Positions 9,117 through 17,860 of a stretch of DNA of 64,000 nucleotides are shown here, piece after piece. Source of the DNA: Bacilli bacterium (lineage in GTDB: Bacteria; Bacillota_I; Bacilli_A; RFN20; CAG-826). Position 1 is the first letter of the stretch, and the number at the start of each line of letters is the position of its first letter. The DNA lies in assembly GCA_024408495.1 (NCBI GenBank), contig JAKSUY010000002.1, positions 127-64,126 of the forward strand, in the 5' to 3' direction. The notes beneath the pieces were generated by a model. That model worked only from the letters and a program-made list of their open reading frames with translations. It was not told the DNA's origin and did no database searches. The position numbers were made by a program, and so were the translations under genes.

Positions 9117-10163
9117 ATGAGAACGTTTGACTATTCATTTTTAGAAAAAGAAATACCCGGGAAAATTGCCTCGTATTTATTTGCAATCGAGAGAAATAAA
9201 GGCCTCGCTAAAATGTTTGAGGAAAAATATCCTAAAGTATTTATTAATTTAACTAAGATCGCTAAGGTTCAATCAGTTAAAGCTAGTAACGCTATTGAAG
9301 GCATTGTTACGACTGACAAACGAATTGAGAGCATTGTAAATAAAAGTGTAGAACCTCTAAATCACGATGAAAAAGAAATAGCAGGTTATCGCGATGCCTT
9401 AAATTTTATCCATCTCAATTACGAAACCTTAGATGTTGATTTACGGCAAATCTTATTACTACATAGAACATTATTAAATTACGCGCAATCACCTACTAGA
9501 GGAGAATTAAAGAAAACTAATAACGTAATCATCGAAAAGTCGATAGATGGAACAAGAAAAATTAGATTTATACCAGTAAGCGCGGAAGAAACTCCAAAAG
9601 CAATGGAACAACTCGAATTAGCGTTTTTCGATGCGCGGAGTAATTCTAATATCAATCCATTATTATTGATACCTTGCTACATCTTAGATTTTCTATGTAT
9701 CCATCCTTTTGATGATGGCAATGGACGAATTTCGCGACTATTATCTTTATTACTTTTATATAAAAGCGGATATAACGTTGGAAAATACATTTCTTTAGAA
9801 CTAATAATTAATAAAAATAAGGGATTATATTATGATACTCTTTATTCTTCTTCTAACGGATGGCATGAAAATAAAAATAATTATTGGGTATTTATTGAAA
9901 ATTTTTTAATGACTTTGCTTTCATCATATAATGAACTTGCTGATCGATATGAAATAATTAAAGATAAAAAGTTATCAAAAGCTGAAAGAGTAGAAGAAAC
10001 AATTAAACGTTCGTTAGGAAAAATTAGCAAAGAAGAAATTCACAAAATATGGCCCGATATTTCCTATAACACAATTGAATTAGAACTAAGCAAGCTTTTA
10101 AAAAACGGACTAATTGATAAGATTGGCGCCACTAATGGAGTTAGTTACATTTGGAAAAAATAA
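9117..10163 (+). CDS. Fic family protein (AMPylase/phosphocholine transferase family) with C-terminal winged-helix
   Basis: Canonical Fic motif HPFDDGNGRISR. ORF 9108..10163 with the start moved to the ATG at 9117. Confidence 0.85.
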   Translation: MRTFDYSFLEKEIPGKIASYLFAIERNKGLAKMFEEKYPKVFINLTKIAKVQSVKASNAIEGIVTTDKRIESIVNKSVEPLNHDEKEIAGYRDALNFIHLNYETLDVDLRQILLLHRTLLNYAQSPTRGELKKTNNVIIEKSIDGTRKIRFIPVSAEETPKAMEQLELAFFDARSNSNINPLLLIPCYILDFLCIHPFDDGNGRISRLLSLLLLYKSGYNVGKYISLELIINKNKGLYYDTLYSSSNGWHENKNNYWVFIENFLMTLLSSYNELADRYEIIKDKKLSKAERVEETIKRSLGKISKEEIHKIWPDISYNTIELELSKLLKNGLIDKIGATNGVSYIWKK

Positions 10164-10195
10164 TTAAGACTATTTCCTTAATTCCGCTTATGGGT

Positions 10196-10300
10196 TGAAC
10201 TATAACTTAAGGTCCATCCTAAAGTGTCATAACAATAGGATTATAAAACCGATTTAAGTTACATTTTTGTACAATATGGCTATACCCTAAAATTATATTG
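10196..10300. repeat. Second REP-like inverted-repeat cluster between convergent genes (fic / secA)
   Basis: ACTATAACTTAAGG, CCTAAAGTGT and TATACCCTAAAATTAT share their core with the cluster at 4598..4740. Confidence 0.45.
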
Positions 10301-10316
10301 TTATGACTACACGCTG

Positions 10317-12764
10317 TTATTGGTTATTAGTAGGAATGTTTTTATCTTTGACTTCCGCGTTCATCGCTTCGGCTTTTTTCTTTTCTAATTCTTCTTTCTC
10401 TTTAGCGATTTCTTCTGGAGTCTTAATATGGATAATTACGTTAAGTAATTTATGGACAACATTAAGCGAAACATCATCTAACATTTCTCTAAACATTTGG
10501 TAACCTTCATTAACATAATCTTGAAGTGGGTTCGTATTCGCGTAGCCTCTTAAATGAATACCCTCACGGAAACTCGCCATCGCATCAATATGTTTCATCC
10601 AACCTTGATCAAGCGTTTGTAAAGTAATTTGTCTTTCAACTTGGTCAGCGATTTCTTGGCCCCATTCTTTACGACGTTTTAAATAGCGATCAAATAAGAC
10701 ATCAGTTAAATCAGGCGCGGCTTCTTCAACCGGCGCTTCATTAAACGCGCTGACTTTAATTGCGTTCTCAGGTAAGAATCGTGGCATTAATTCCTTTTCG
10801 AGAATGGATGCTTTAATTAATTTTTCGTGGTTATTTGGATCAATTGATTTATTGGCAATTTTACTACCGGCTTTTTGGAAGAATTCCGAGATAATATCTC
10901 CAATATCTTTGGCGAATAAAATCTTATCGCGCTTTCCGTATATAATCTCTCTTTGCTTAGCGAGAACATCATCGTAATCAAGCAAATTCTTACGAATATC
11001 AAAGTTCTTACCTTCAATTTGCTTTTGTGCGCCGGTAATCACGTTCATAACCATATTTGATTCAAGAGCCTCGGTTCCTAATCCTTCAAAATATTTCACC
11101 ATTCTTTCATTCGCGAAACGTTTCATTAATTCATCATCAAGCGAAACGTAGAAACGAGAGAAACCTGGATCACCTTGACGTCCGGAACGACCTCTTAATT
11201 GATTATCAATACGACGCGATTCATGACGTTCTGTACCAAATACACATAGACCGCCTAATTCTACGACTCCAGGTCCTAACTTAATATCGGTACCACGACC
11301 AGCCATATTAGTCGCAACGGTGATTTGCCCTTTTTCACCAGCATGCGAAATAATTTCCGCTTCGCGTGCGTGGTTCTTAGCATTAAGAACTTCGTATTTT
11401 AAGCCTTTAGTGTCTAATAATTTAGCAATCTCTTCACTGCTTTCAACCGATACAGTACCAATTAAGATTGGTTGTCCTTTATCGTGTCGTTCGCAAATTT
11501 CTTTTAATAAAGCCTCTAGTTTAGGTTGTTTATGTGCATACACATAATCAATCGCATCTTCTCGAATTACGGGTTTATTCGTTGGAATGCAAGTAACCCG
11601 CATGTTATAAATCTTTTGGAATTCTTCTTCTTCGGTTTTAGCGGTACCAGTCATACCTGCCATCTTTTTATATAAACGGAAGAAGTTTTGATAAGTAATG
11701 GTCGCTAAAGTAATGGTTTCGGTTTTAATATCAACGTTTTCTTTCGCTTGAATTGCTTGATGTAGACCATCACTATATTCTCTTCCTTTAAGAATACGAC
11801 CGGTAAATTGATCAATTAATTGAATTTGACGCTCGGCATCAACCATATATTCAACATCTCTCATCATAATGAAGTTCGCTTTTAAGGCTTGATGAATCCG
11901 GTGCACTAAATCAGCATAATCCGGATTATATAAATTAGGAATGCCAAACATCCTTTCGGCTTTCTTACTTCCTTCATCGGTTAAGTGACAAGTCTTTTCT
12001 TTAATATCAATTTCAAAATCTTTATTTTTCTTTAAAGTCTTAACAAAACGATCCGCAACCGTGTATTGACTTGGAGTAGCTTTTTGTCCACCACTGATAA
12101 TTAATGGAGTTCTACTTTCATCAATTAAAATCGAGTCAGCTTCATCTACTACGGCAAAATTAAGTCCGCGTAACACGCGTTGATTAGCGCTTTGCACCAT
12201 GTTATCTCTTAAATAGTCAAAGCCTAATTCACTGTTCGTAGTGTAGGTAATATCACATAAATAAGCTTCTTTCTTTTCGCTTCCAGATTTCTCTCTTAAG
12301 TTACAGCCAACGGTTAAACCTAAGAAACGATAGATTTGTCCCATCCAATCCGCATCACGACTAGCGAGGTATTCGTTAACAGTTACAACGTGAACACCTT
12401 TACCCGCTAATGCATTAAGATAAACCGCCATCGTAGCAGTTAAGGTTTTACCTTCACCAGTTCTCATTTCAGCGACATCGCCATCATGAAGCACTAAAGC
12501 GCCCATCACTTGAACTTTAAATGGGAACTGCCCTAAAGTTCTACGAGCGGCTTCACGAGCGACTGCCATTGCTTCGTATTTAATATCTTCCAAGGTTTTA
12601 CCTTGTTTTAGTTGATCTTTAAAATATTGAGTCTTAGCTCTTAATTCATCATCGCTTAATTTATGCATTGTTTCTTCAAATGCTAAAACTTTCGCGGCTT
12701 GTTTTTCGTAATGTTTAGTTACGCGTTGATCAATTCTGAATATTTTTTCAATAAAGTTTGCCAT
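10317..12764 (-). CDS. secA: Preprotein translocase ATPase SecA
   Basis: 815 aa with MRTGEGKTLTA Walker A, VDEADSILIDE DEAD-type box, TNMAGRGTDIKLG, and no C-terminal zinc finger. Confidence 0.97.
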   Translation of the reverse strand: MANFIEKIFRIDQRVTKHYEKQAAKVLAFEETMHKLSDDELRAKTQYFKDQLKQGKTLEDIKYEAMAVAREAARRTLGQFPFKVQVMGALVLHDGDVAEMRTGEGKTLTATMAVYLNALAGKGVHVVTVNEYLASRDADWMGQIYRFLGLTVGCNLREKSGSEKKEAYLCDITYTTNSELGFDYLRDNMVQSANQRVLRGLNFAVVDEADSILIDESRTPLIISGGQKATPSQYTVADRFVKTLKKNKDFEIDIKEKTCHLTDEGSKKAERMFGIPNLYNPDYADLVHRIHQALKANFIMMRDVEYMVDAERQIQLIDQFTGRILKGREYSDGLHQAIQAKENVDIKTETITLATITYQNFFRLYKKMAGMTGTAKTEEEEFQKIYNMRVTCIPTNKPVIREDAIDYVYAHKQPKLEALLKEICERHDKGQPILIGTVSVESSEEIAKLLDTKGLKYEVLNAKNHAREAEIISHAGEKGQITVATNMAGRGTDIKLGPGVVELGGLCVFGTERHESRRIDNQLRGRSGRQGDPGFSRFYVSLDDELMKRFANERMVKYFEGLGTEALESNMVMNVITGAQKQIEGKNFDIRKNLLDYDDVLAKQREIIYGKRDKILFAKDIGDIISEFFQKAGSKIANKSIDPNNHEKLIKASILEKELMPRFLPENAIKVSAFNEAPVEEAAPDLTDVLFDRYLKRRKEWGQEIADQVERQITLQTLDQGWMKHIDAMASFREGIHLRGYANTNPLQDYVNEGYQMFREMLDDVSLNVVHKLLNVIIHIKTPEEIAKEKEELEKKKAEAMNAEVKDKNIPTNNQ

Positions 12765-12850
12765 AATAAGTGCTTAATTATATTATCGTATTTGTAATTT
12801 TATTACAACATACACGTTTTATTTTTAAAAAGGATTGGTAAAATAATAAC

Positions 12851-13564
12851 ATGGAACATTTTTCAAAATATAATAAACCTAATATAAAAATTGTTTATGA
12901 ATATCTAATACCAATCGCAATTCAAATCGTAATTTTTCTTATCCTAGTTTTTTTGCACCGAGTGGTTAATTTAGGAGGCTATATTCAAAGTCCAGAAGTC
13001 GTTAATGGCTCAGTTTCCTCTCCAACAGTCGGACGTTTAGTTTATTTAATTATTAATCCGTTTTTAATTGCTACAGCCATTTTCTTTGCGCTACGTTTTA
13101 ATAAAAAAGAAAAACATCTTTATACATTTATTTGTGCAAATGTGGCAGGCATTTTACTTTGGCAATTTCTTGGCGAAGATTTTTGGCATTTCTCAGTTGG
13201 TGGTATTCATTTCCTAACTTTAGAAACAATTGAAGCATTACCTTTAATATTTGTACTAATTGCTGGTTTAGTATTTTTTGCCTTAAAGAAAGAAAAGAAT
13301 TGGGCTTTATGGTTAATTTTAGTTGTCTTCTCTTACAATTGGCTAGGGCATTATCTAACTGAAGGTTTTTATCCATTGGTTGCTAATTCTCTTCCTTTTT
13401 ATATGTGGGCAATTATTATTAGCATAACTGTTTGCGTGCCTTCTAGCCTATTTAGCATTTATCTAGGAGTATACGCGAGCAAAGACACTAAGGGACGCTA
13501 TCTTTCTTCAATCTTAACTTTCGCAACTATATCTATTTTGGTAATGAGCATTATTCATTCGTAA
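12851..13564 (+). CDS. Hypothetical polytopic membrane protein
   Basis: 237-aa ORF with about 6 hydrophobic helices. No recognisable motif. Confidence 0.5.
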   Translation: MEHFSKYNKPNIKIVYEYLIPIAIQIVIFLILVFLHRVVNLGGYIQSPEVVNGSVSSPTVGRLVYLIINPFLIATAIFFALRFNKKEKHLYTFICANVAGILLWQFLGEDFWHFSVGGIHFLTLETIEALPLIFVLIAGLVFFALKKEKNWALWLILVVFSYNWLGHYLTEGFYPLVANSLPFYMWAIIISITVCVPSSLFSIYLGVYASKDTKGRYLSSILTFATISILVMSIIHS

Positions 13565-14360
13565 ATAGATTATTTTTACAAAAATTAACTGTTTCTTGAA
13601 TTTGCTCTATTTGGCTGATACTTGCTAAACCATCACGTTCTTGTTCCCCGTACATCGCAAAGCCTGCATGGTTTCCGCCTTTGATAATGTGCTCTTGATA
13701 ATTAAACGGCAATTGGGATTTAGCTTTTTGATAAATGCTTTGATTTAAGATTAAATCTTGGTTGCCATAAATTAATGCTACATTTAAATTAGTAGTAGTT
13801 AAATTAGCATTTGCATAACTAGCTAACAAAATTAATCCTCTTATAGTACTTAGATGATTAATAGCATACATACTTGATACCAATCCACCTAGAGAGTGAC
13901 CTGCTACATACCATTGTTTAATATTAGCGTATTTATTAATTGGATTATCGGCGGCATTTACATCTAATAACGCAAAATTATAAGGCATATTAACTAAAAC
14001 ACAAAAAGTATTAGTATCTTTGGCGAAATGATAAAGTAGCGGAGCATAGCTAATGTTTTCTATTTTCGCTCCTTGATAAAAAACTAATCCACGTTGAATC
14101 TCGTTATTTTTCGGCGAAAAGGTATAACAATTATCATCAAAATTTACCGCAACAGTATCATCAGAATTTAAATATTTCCTAGCTTCGTTAGTGGCACGAT
14201 AGCATTTTGACAAGGAGACTAAAGTTGCTATTGCGAGAGCAGAAATAACTAATAAAATAGAACCAATAATGATCAAAATGTTTAATTGTTTTTCGCTTAA
14301 TTTATGTCCTTTATTATTAGCCATAAGTTTGTTTGCTAGTAATATTATACATAAATTCAC
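13551..14360 (-). CDS. Alpha/beta hydrolase, membrane-anchored
   Basis: Nucleophile elbow GHSLGG and an N-terminal TM helix. An alternative start (MANNKGH) lies at 14324. The GTG at 14360 overlaps the comFC stop (GTGA). Confidence 0.65.
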   Translation of the reverse strand: MNLCIILLANKLMANNKGHKLSEKQLNILIIIGSILLVISALAIATLVSLSKCYRATNEARKYLNSDDTVAVNFDDNCYTFSPKNNEIQRGLVFYQGAKIENISYAPLLYHFAKDTNTFCVLVNMPYNFALLDVNAADNPINKYANIKQWYVAGHSLGGLVSSMYAINHLSTIRGLILLASYANANLTTTNLNVALIYGNQDLILNQSIYQKAKSQLPFNYQEHIIKGGNHAGFAMYGEQERDGLASISQIEQIQETVNFCKNNLFTNE

Positions 14361-15013
14361 TCTTTAGATAAGTCGGGAACCTTTGCAACAATCAAAAAAT
14401 GCGTTTTTTTCGGCTGACCTTTTTTAATTAACGCTAAGCACGCTTTTAAGGTAGAACCAGTAGTAGAAATATCATCCACAAATAAGACTTTTTTGCTATG
14501 AATTTTCTCTAAATTAGTGATTTCTAGTTTATTAATTACTTTATTTCTTTCATCTTTACTTAAATCGGATTGTTTGTAATTAGTTTTCTTTTTGATAAGA
14601 GATAAAATCGGAAGATTTAATACCTTAAATATTTCAATCACGTGGTTAAATCCTCGTTCTTGATTATCGATTTCGCTACTAGGAGCAGGGATTAGGATAT
14701 AACCTCGATATTTTCTTATTAATTCATCCTTAAAATAGTTTAAGAACGCTTTAGCAAGTTCAATATCTCCGCATCCTTTTAAAGTGTAAATCTTTTCTTT
14801 CATATAATCGGAATACGTAAATAAATATTCGCCACTTATTCCATCTATCTTTTCGCTTTTTCTAATAGGCGAAAGTAAAGAGAGACAATGTTCACATATA
14901 TTAATGTCAGGATGAAGTAATGCATGAAGATTATTAATCTTTATTTCATTAAAACACATTAGACAATATGATTTTTTATCTTGTAAGATAGGTGTTATCA
15001 AGCTTGATGGCAT
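14357..15013 (-). CDS. comFC: ComF family phosphoribosyltransferase-like competence protein
   Basis: N-terminal CxxC...CxxC zinc finger (CLMCF...CEHC), PRTase motif VLFVDDISTTGSTL, and position directly downstream of comFA. Confidence 0.85.
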   Translation of the reverse strand: MPSSLITPILQDKKSYCLMCFNEIKINNLHALLHPDINICEHCLSLLSPIRKSEKIDGISGEYLFTYSDYMKEKIYTLKGCGDIELAKAFLNYFKDELIRKYRGYILIPAPSSEIDNQERGFNHVIEIFKVLNLPILSLIKKKTNYKQSDLSKDERNKVINKLEITNLEKIHSKKVLFVDDISTTGSTLKACLALIKKGQPKKTHFLIVAKVPDLSKE

Positions 15014-16133
15014 GGATGGCCTCCTTCATACTTTTACTTACTTTATTGGCTAAAAAGATGACTTCTCCTGTCGGTGCATCAATCTTTCTTCCTACGCGCC
15101 CTGAAATTTGAATGAGAACTCCGCTATCGTACATACTATTATCTGCGTTATAGATAATGACTTGTACATCGCGAATCGTGACTCCTCTTTCAAGCACAGA
15201 AGTAGTAACTAGGTAATCGTATGTATGTTTTTTAAAATCGGTAATAATTTCTTTACGGTTTAAACATTTTGAATGCACAAAATGACCTTTCTTCACAAAT
15301 ATTTTAAGAATGGAATAGATTTGTTCTGCAAGTGCGATTGTAGGTGCGAATATTAATAATGGTTTTTTATTTCTTCGATATTCTTTAATCTTCTTAATTA
15401 AATACGGAATTTTAAAATAACCAATCCGAATTACGTTAATTGGTTCAGGAAGCGCGTGTCGATGATATCTAGTATGAAGTTCTAAGATTGGTAAATTATT
15501 TTTCTTAAAATCATCTACTATCTCTTTAGGTGGAGTTGCGCTCATTAAGATATATGAACCTCGAAGCGATTTTTTAAATAGATTAATTAATAAACGATTA
15601 TCACGAAAAGGGAATGCATCGATTTCATCTAAAATCAATAAATCAAAATAATTACTGTATCGATACAATTGATGCGTAGTAAGAATAATCATATCGCCCG
15701 TAAGTTCATCCGTATGCCCTCCGTATACGCAAACGCTTCTACGATTAGGAAATGCAGATATAAAGCGTGGAAACAAATCAATCGCCACTTCTCTTCTAGG
15801 AACAGCAAATCCAACATGTAAACCATGAGAAAGAGCATAACTAACGACCCTATACACTAGCTCAGTCTTCCCACTTCCACACACCGCATGCACAAGAGTT
15901 GATTTATTTTCTTTAAAATTCTCTAGTAACTTCGCCGAAATTTTTTCCTGCTCAGATGATAGTGGATAAGTTAGACTTGCGCTAGTGTCTTCATCGTCTA
16001 CTTTGTAGCTATTTACCTCCCTTCCTTGAAACGAGATGCAAAGACGACAATATGTTTCGTTATTTTTCATGCCAAAATAGCGGGGATCACTATTACCGCA
16101 CCTTGGACAAACATAAATCGCATTACTTCCCAT
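14976..16133 (-). CDS. comFA: ComFA-like DEAD/DEAH-box helicase (DNA uptake ATPase)
   Basis: N-terminal zinc finger CPRCGN...CRLC, Walker A CGSGKTE, Walker B LILDEIDAF, motif SATP, and a helicase C domain TSVLERGVT. Confidence 0.85.
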   Translation of the reverse strand: MGSNAIYVCPRCGNSDPRYFGMKNNETYCRLCISFQGREVNSYKVDDEDTSASLTYPLSSEQEKISAKLLENFKENKSTLVHAVCGSGKTELVYRVVSYALSHGLHVGFAVPRREVAIDLFPRFISAFPNRRSVCVYGGHTDELTGDMIILTTHQLYRYSNYFDLLILDEIDAFPFRDNRLLINLFKKSLRGSYILMSATPPKEIVDDFKKNNLPILELHTRYHRHALPEPINVIRIGYFKIPYLIKKIKEYRRNKKPLLIFAPTIALAEQIYSILKIFVKKGHFVHSKCLNRKEIITDFKKHTYDYLVTTSVLERGVTIRDVQVIIYNADNSMYDSGVLIQISGRVGRKIDAPTGEVIFLANKVSKSMKEAIHAIKLDNTYLTR

Positions 16134-16262
16134 ATTATCTAATACGCGAAAAACAGGAAAAATGCCACGCGGAGAGGTGAAATATTTATTTATATAAATA
16201 AATATATTTTTTTCGAGTTTTTCAAAATGTTAACCAAATCACTCCTTTGGTTAACTTTTAAC
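16134..16262 (-). repeat. Terminator-promoter-leader module, copy A (minus orientation), directly upstream of comFA
   Basis: Reverse complement reads AAAAGTTAACCAAAGGAGTGATTTGGTTAACATTTTGAAAAACTCGAAAAAAATATATTTATTTATATAAATAAATATTTCACCTCTCCGCGTGGCATTTTTCCTGTTTTTCGCGTATTA. It aligns with copies at 16694, 38739, 60768 and 62238. Confidence 0.8.
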
Positions 16263-16306
16263 AAAAAAGTCTTGTAATAATGCAATCGCAGCAGACAAAC
16301 CTTTAC

Positions 16307-16693
16307 TTATCTATCTTTTAAATTATTAGCTTTAACAATGTAATCAAGGCGATCATCAATTCGATCAATCCTAGCATTAACATCTTTTTCTAAATTATCA
16401 ATTCGAGTATTAACGCGTTTAAAACCATCTTCAACGATTCTAGCCAAGTTAGTAATCGACTCTTCTATTCGATCAATTTTTTCTTCAAATCGACCCATTC
16501 TTCCTTCGAATTGGTCCATTCTTCCTTCTAGTTTATCTATTCTTGACTTCTTCACCGTCTTTCCTCCAGGATGATGGTCTTTTTTTATATTATCACTAAT
16601 TACAAAGGATTTGTCACGTAAAGAAGAATAATCTCCGTTATGGATTGCTATTGCAGTTTTAACTGCATCTATTAATTGATTAGGCTTTGACAT
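16307..16693 (-). CDS. Small coiled-coil protein, paralog family member 1
   Basis: Start moved to MSKPNQLIDAVKTA at 16693, behind an AGGAG SD. The N-terminus is near-identical to the 60910 gene. It has heptad RID.LE repeats and ends RLDYIVKANNLKDR. Confidence 0.75.
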   Translation of the reverse strand: MSKPNQLIDAVKTAIAIHNGDYSSLRDKSFVISDNIKKDHHPGGKTVKKSRIDKLEGRMDQFEGRMGRFEEKIDRIEESITNLARIVEDGFKRVNTRIDNLEKDVNARIDRIDDRLDYIVKANNLKDR

Positions 16694-16830
16694 AATAGTC
16701 CTCCTAATTATAGTTATTAGCGAAAACAAACTAAAATGACCCGCGGAAGCCTAAAATATTTATATATATAAATATATTTTTTTCGGACTTTTCAAAATGT
16801 TAACCAAATCACTCCTTTAGTTAACTTTTT
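16694..16830 (-). repeat. Terminator-promoter-leader module, copy B (minus orientation)
   Basis: Hairpin GTTAACTAAAGGAGTGATTTGGTTAAC (plus coordinates 16799..16825), a 20-nt AT palindrome at 16756..16775, and the conserved leader CCGCGGGTCATTTTAG. Confidence 0.8.
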
Positions 16831-16893
16831 ATTTATTTATCGTTTTATTTGTAAAATAAAAAGGTCTATAATTCTATCTAGTAGAGGTTAAAC

Positions 16894-17856
16894 ATGGCAA
16901 AGAAAGTTGGTGTACTTACAAGCGGTGGCGACGCCCCGGGTATGAATGCAGCGATTCGTGCGGTTGTTCGTGCGGGTCTTAGAAACGGCTGCGAAATGTA
17001 TTTTGTTTACGAAGGTTATAAAGGTCTAATCGAAGGTAATATTGAAAAAGTAGATCGTTCAAGTGTTAGTGAAATTATTTCCCATGGTGGAACAATTTTA
17101 AAAAGCGCTCGTCTACCTGGTTTTAAAGATGAAGCCGTTAGAAAGAAAGCCGTTGAACAATTAAAGAAACATAAAATCGATGCCTTAGTGTGCATCGGTG
17201 GCGATGGTACCTATATGGGCGCTAAAAAATTAACCGAGATGGGAATTAACTGTATCGGAGTACCTGGCACAATTGATAATGATATTGCCTCAACTGACTA
17301 CACCATCGGCTTTGATACTTGCTTAAATACCATTGTTGAATGTACCGATAAAATTAGAGACACTACTGAATCACATTCCCGTTGTTCCATTATTGAAGTT
17401 ATGGGCCGTCATTGTGGTGACCTTGCGCTTTTTTCAGGAATTGCTGAAGGTGTTGATATGATTATCACTCCTGATCATCCAATTAGTGATGAAGATATCA
17501 TTGAAAACTTAAAAGAGTGGAAGAAAGCGGGTAAACAACACATTATGATTATCATTAGTGAAAATATTTATCCGGATACTCGTGTGTTAAGCGAAAGAAT
17601 TCAAAAGGAAACAGGGTATGAAAGTAGAGTCGAAGTATTAGGAAGAATCCAAAGAGGTGGATCTCCAAGCGCTCAAGATCGTGTATTAGCGGCTCGACTT
17701 GGCGCACATGCCATTGACCTAATCATGGAAGGCAAAGGTGGACTTTGTGTTGGACTAGTAAACAATAAAGTTGTCCATTATGATATTTATGAAGCGTTAC
17801 ATCTTCCTCGTGATAAGCATATGAATTTACTTCGCTTAATTGATTTGTTAAAATAA
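16894..17856 (+). CDS. pfkA: ATP-dependent 6-phosphofructokinase
   Basis: 320 aa with GVLTSGGDAPGMNAAIR, IGGDGTY, PGTIDNDI and MGRHCGDLAL motifs. Confidence 0.97.
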   Translation: MAKKVGVLTSGGDAPGMNAAIRAVVRAGLRNGCEMYFVYEGYKGLIEGNIEKVDRSSVSEIISHGGTILKSARLPGFKDEAVRKKAVEQLKKHKIDALVCIGGDGTYMGAKKLTEMGINCIGVPGTIDNDIASTDYTIGFDTCLNTIVECTDKIRDTTESHSRCSIIEVMGRHCGDLALFSGIAEGVDMIITPDHPISDEDIIENLKEWKKAGKQHIMIIISENIYPDTRVLSERIQKETGYESRVEVLGRIQRGGSPSAQDRVLAARLGAHAIDLIMEGKGGLCVGLVNNKVVHYDIYEALHLPRDKHMNLLRLIDLLK

Positions 17857-17860
17857 AGTT

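Noticed and set aside
10303-11547. Four 66-75-aa ORFs overlapping secA on both strands (three antisense, plus 10817..11017 in an alternative frame on the secA strand)
   Set aside because: They are embedded in a highly conserved gene and have low-complexity translations typical of alternative-frame and antisense readings of AT-rich coding DNA.
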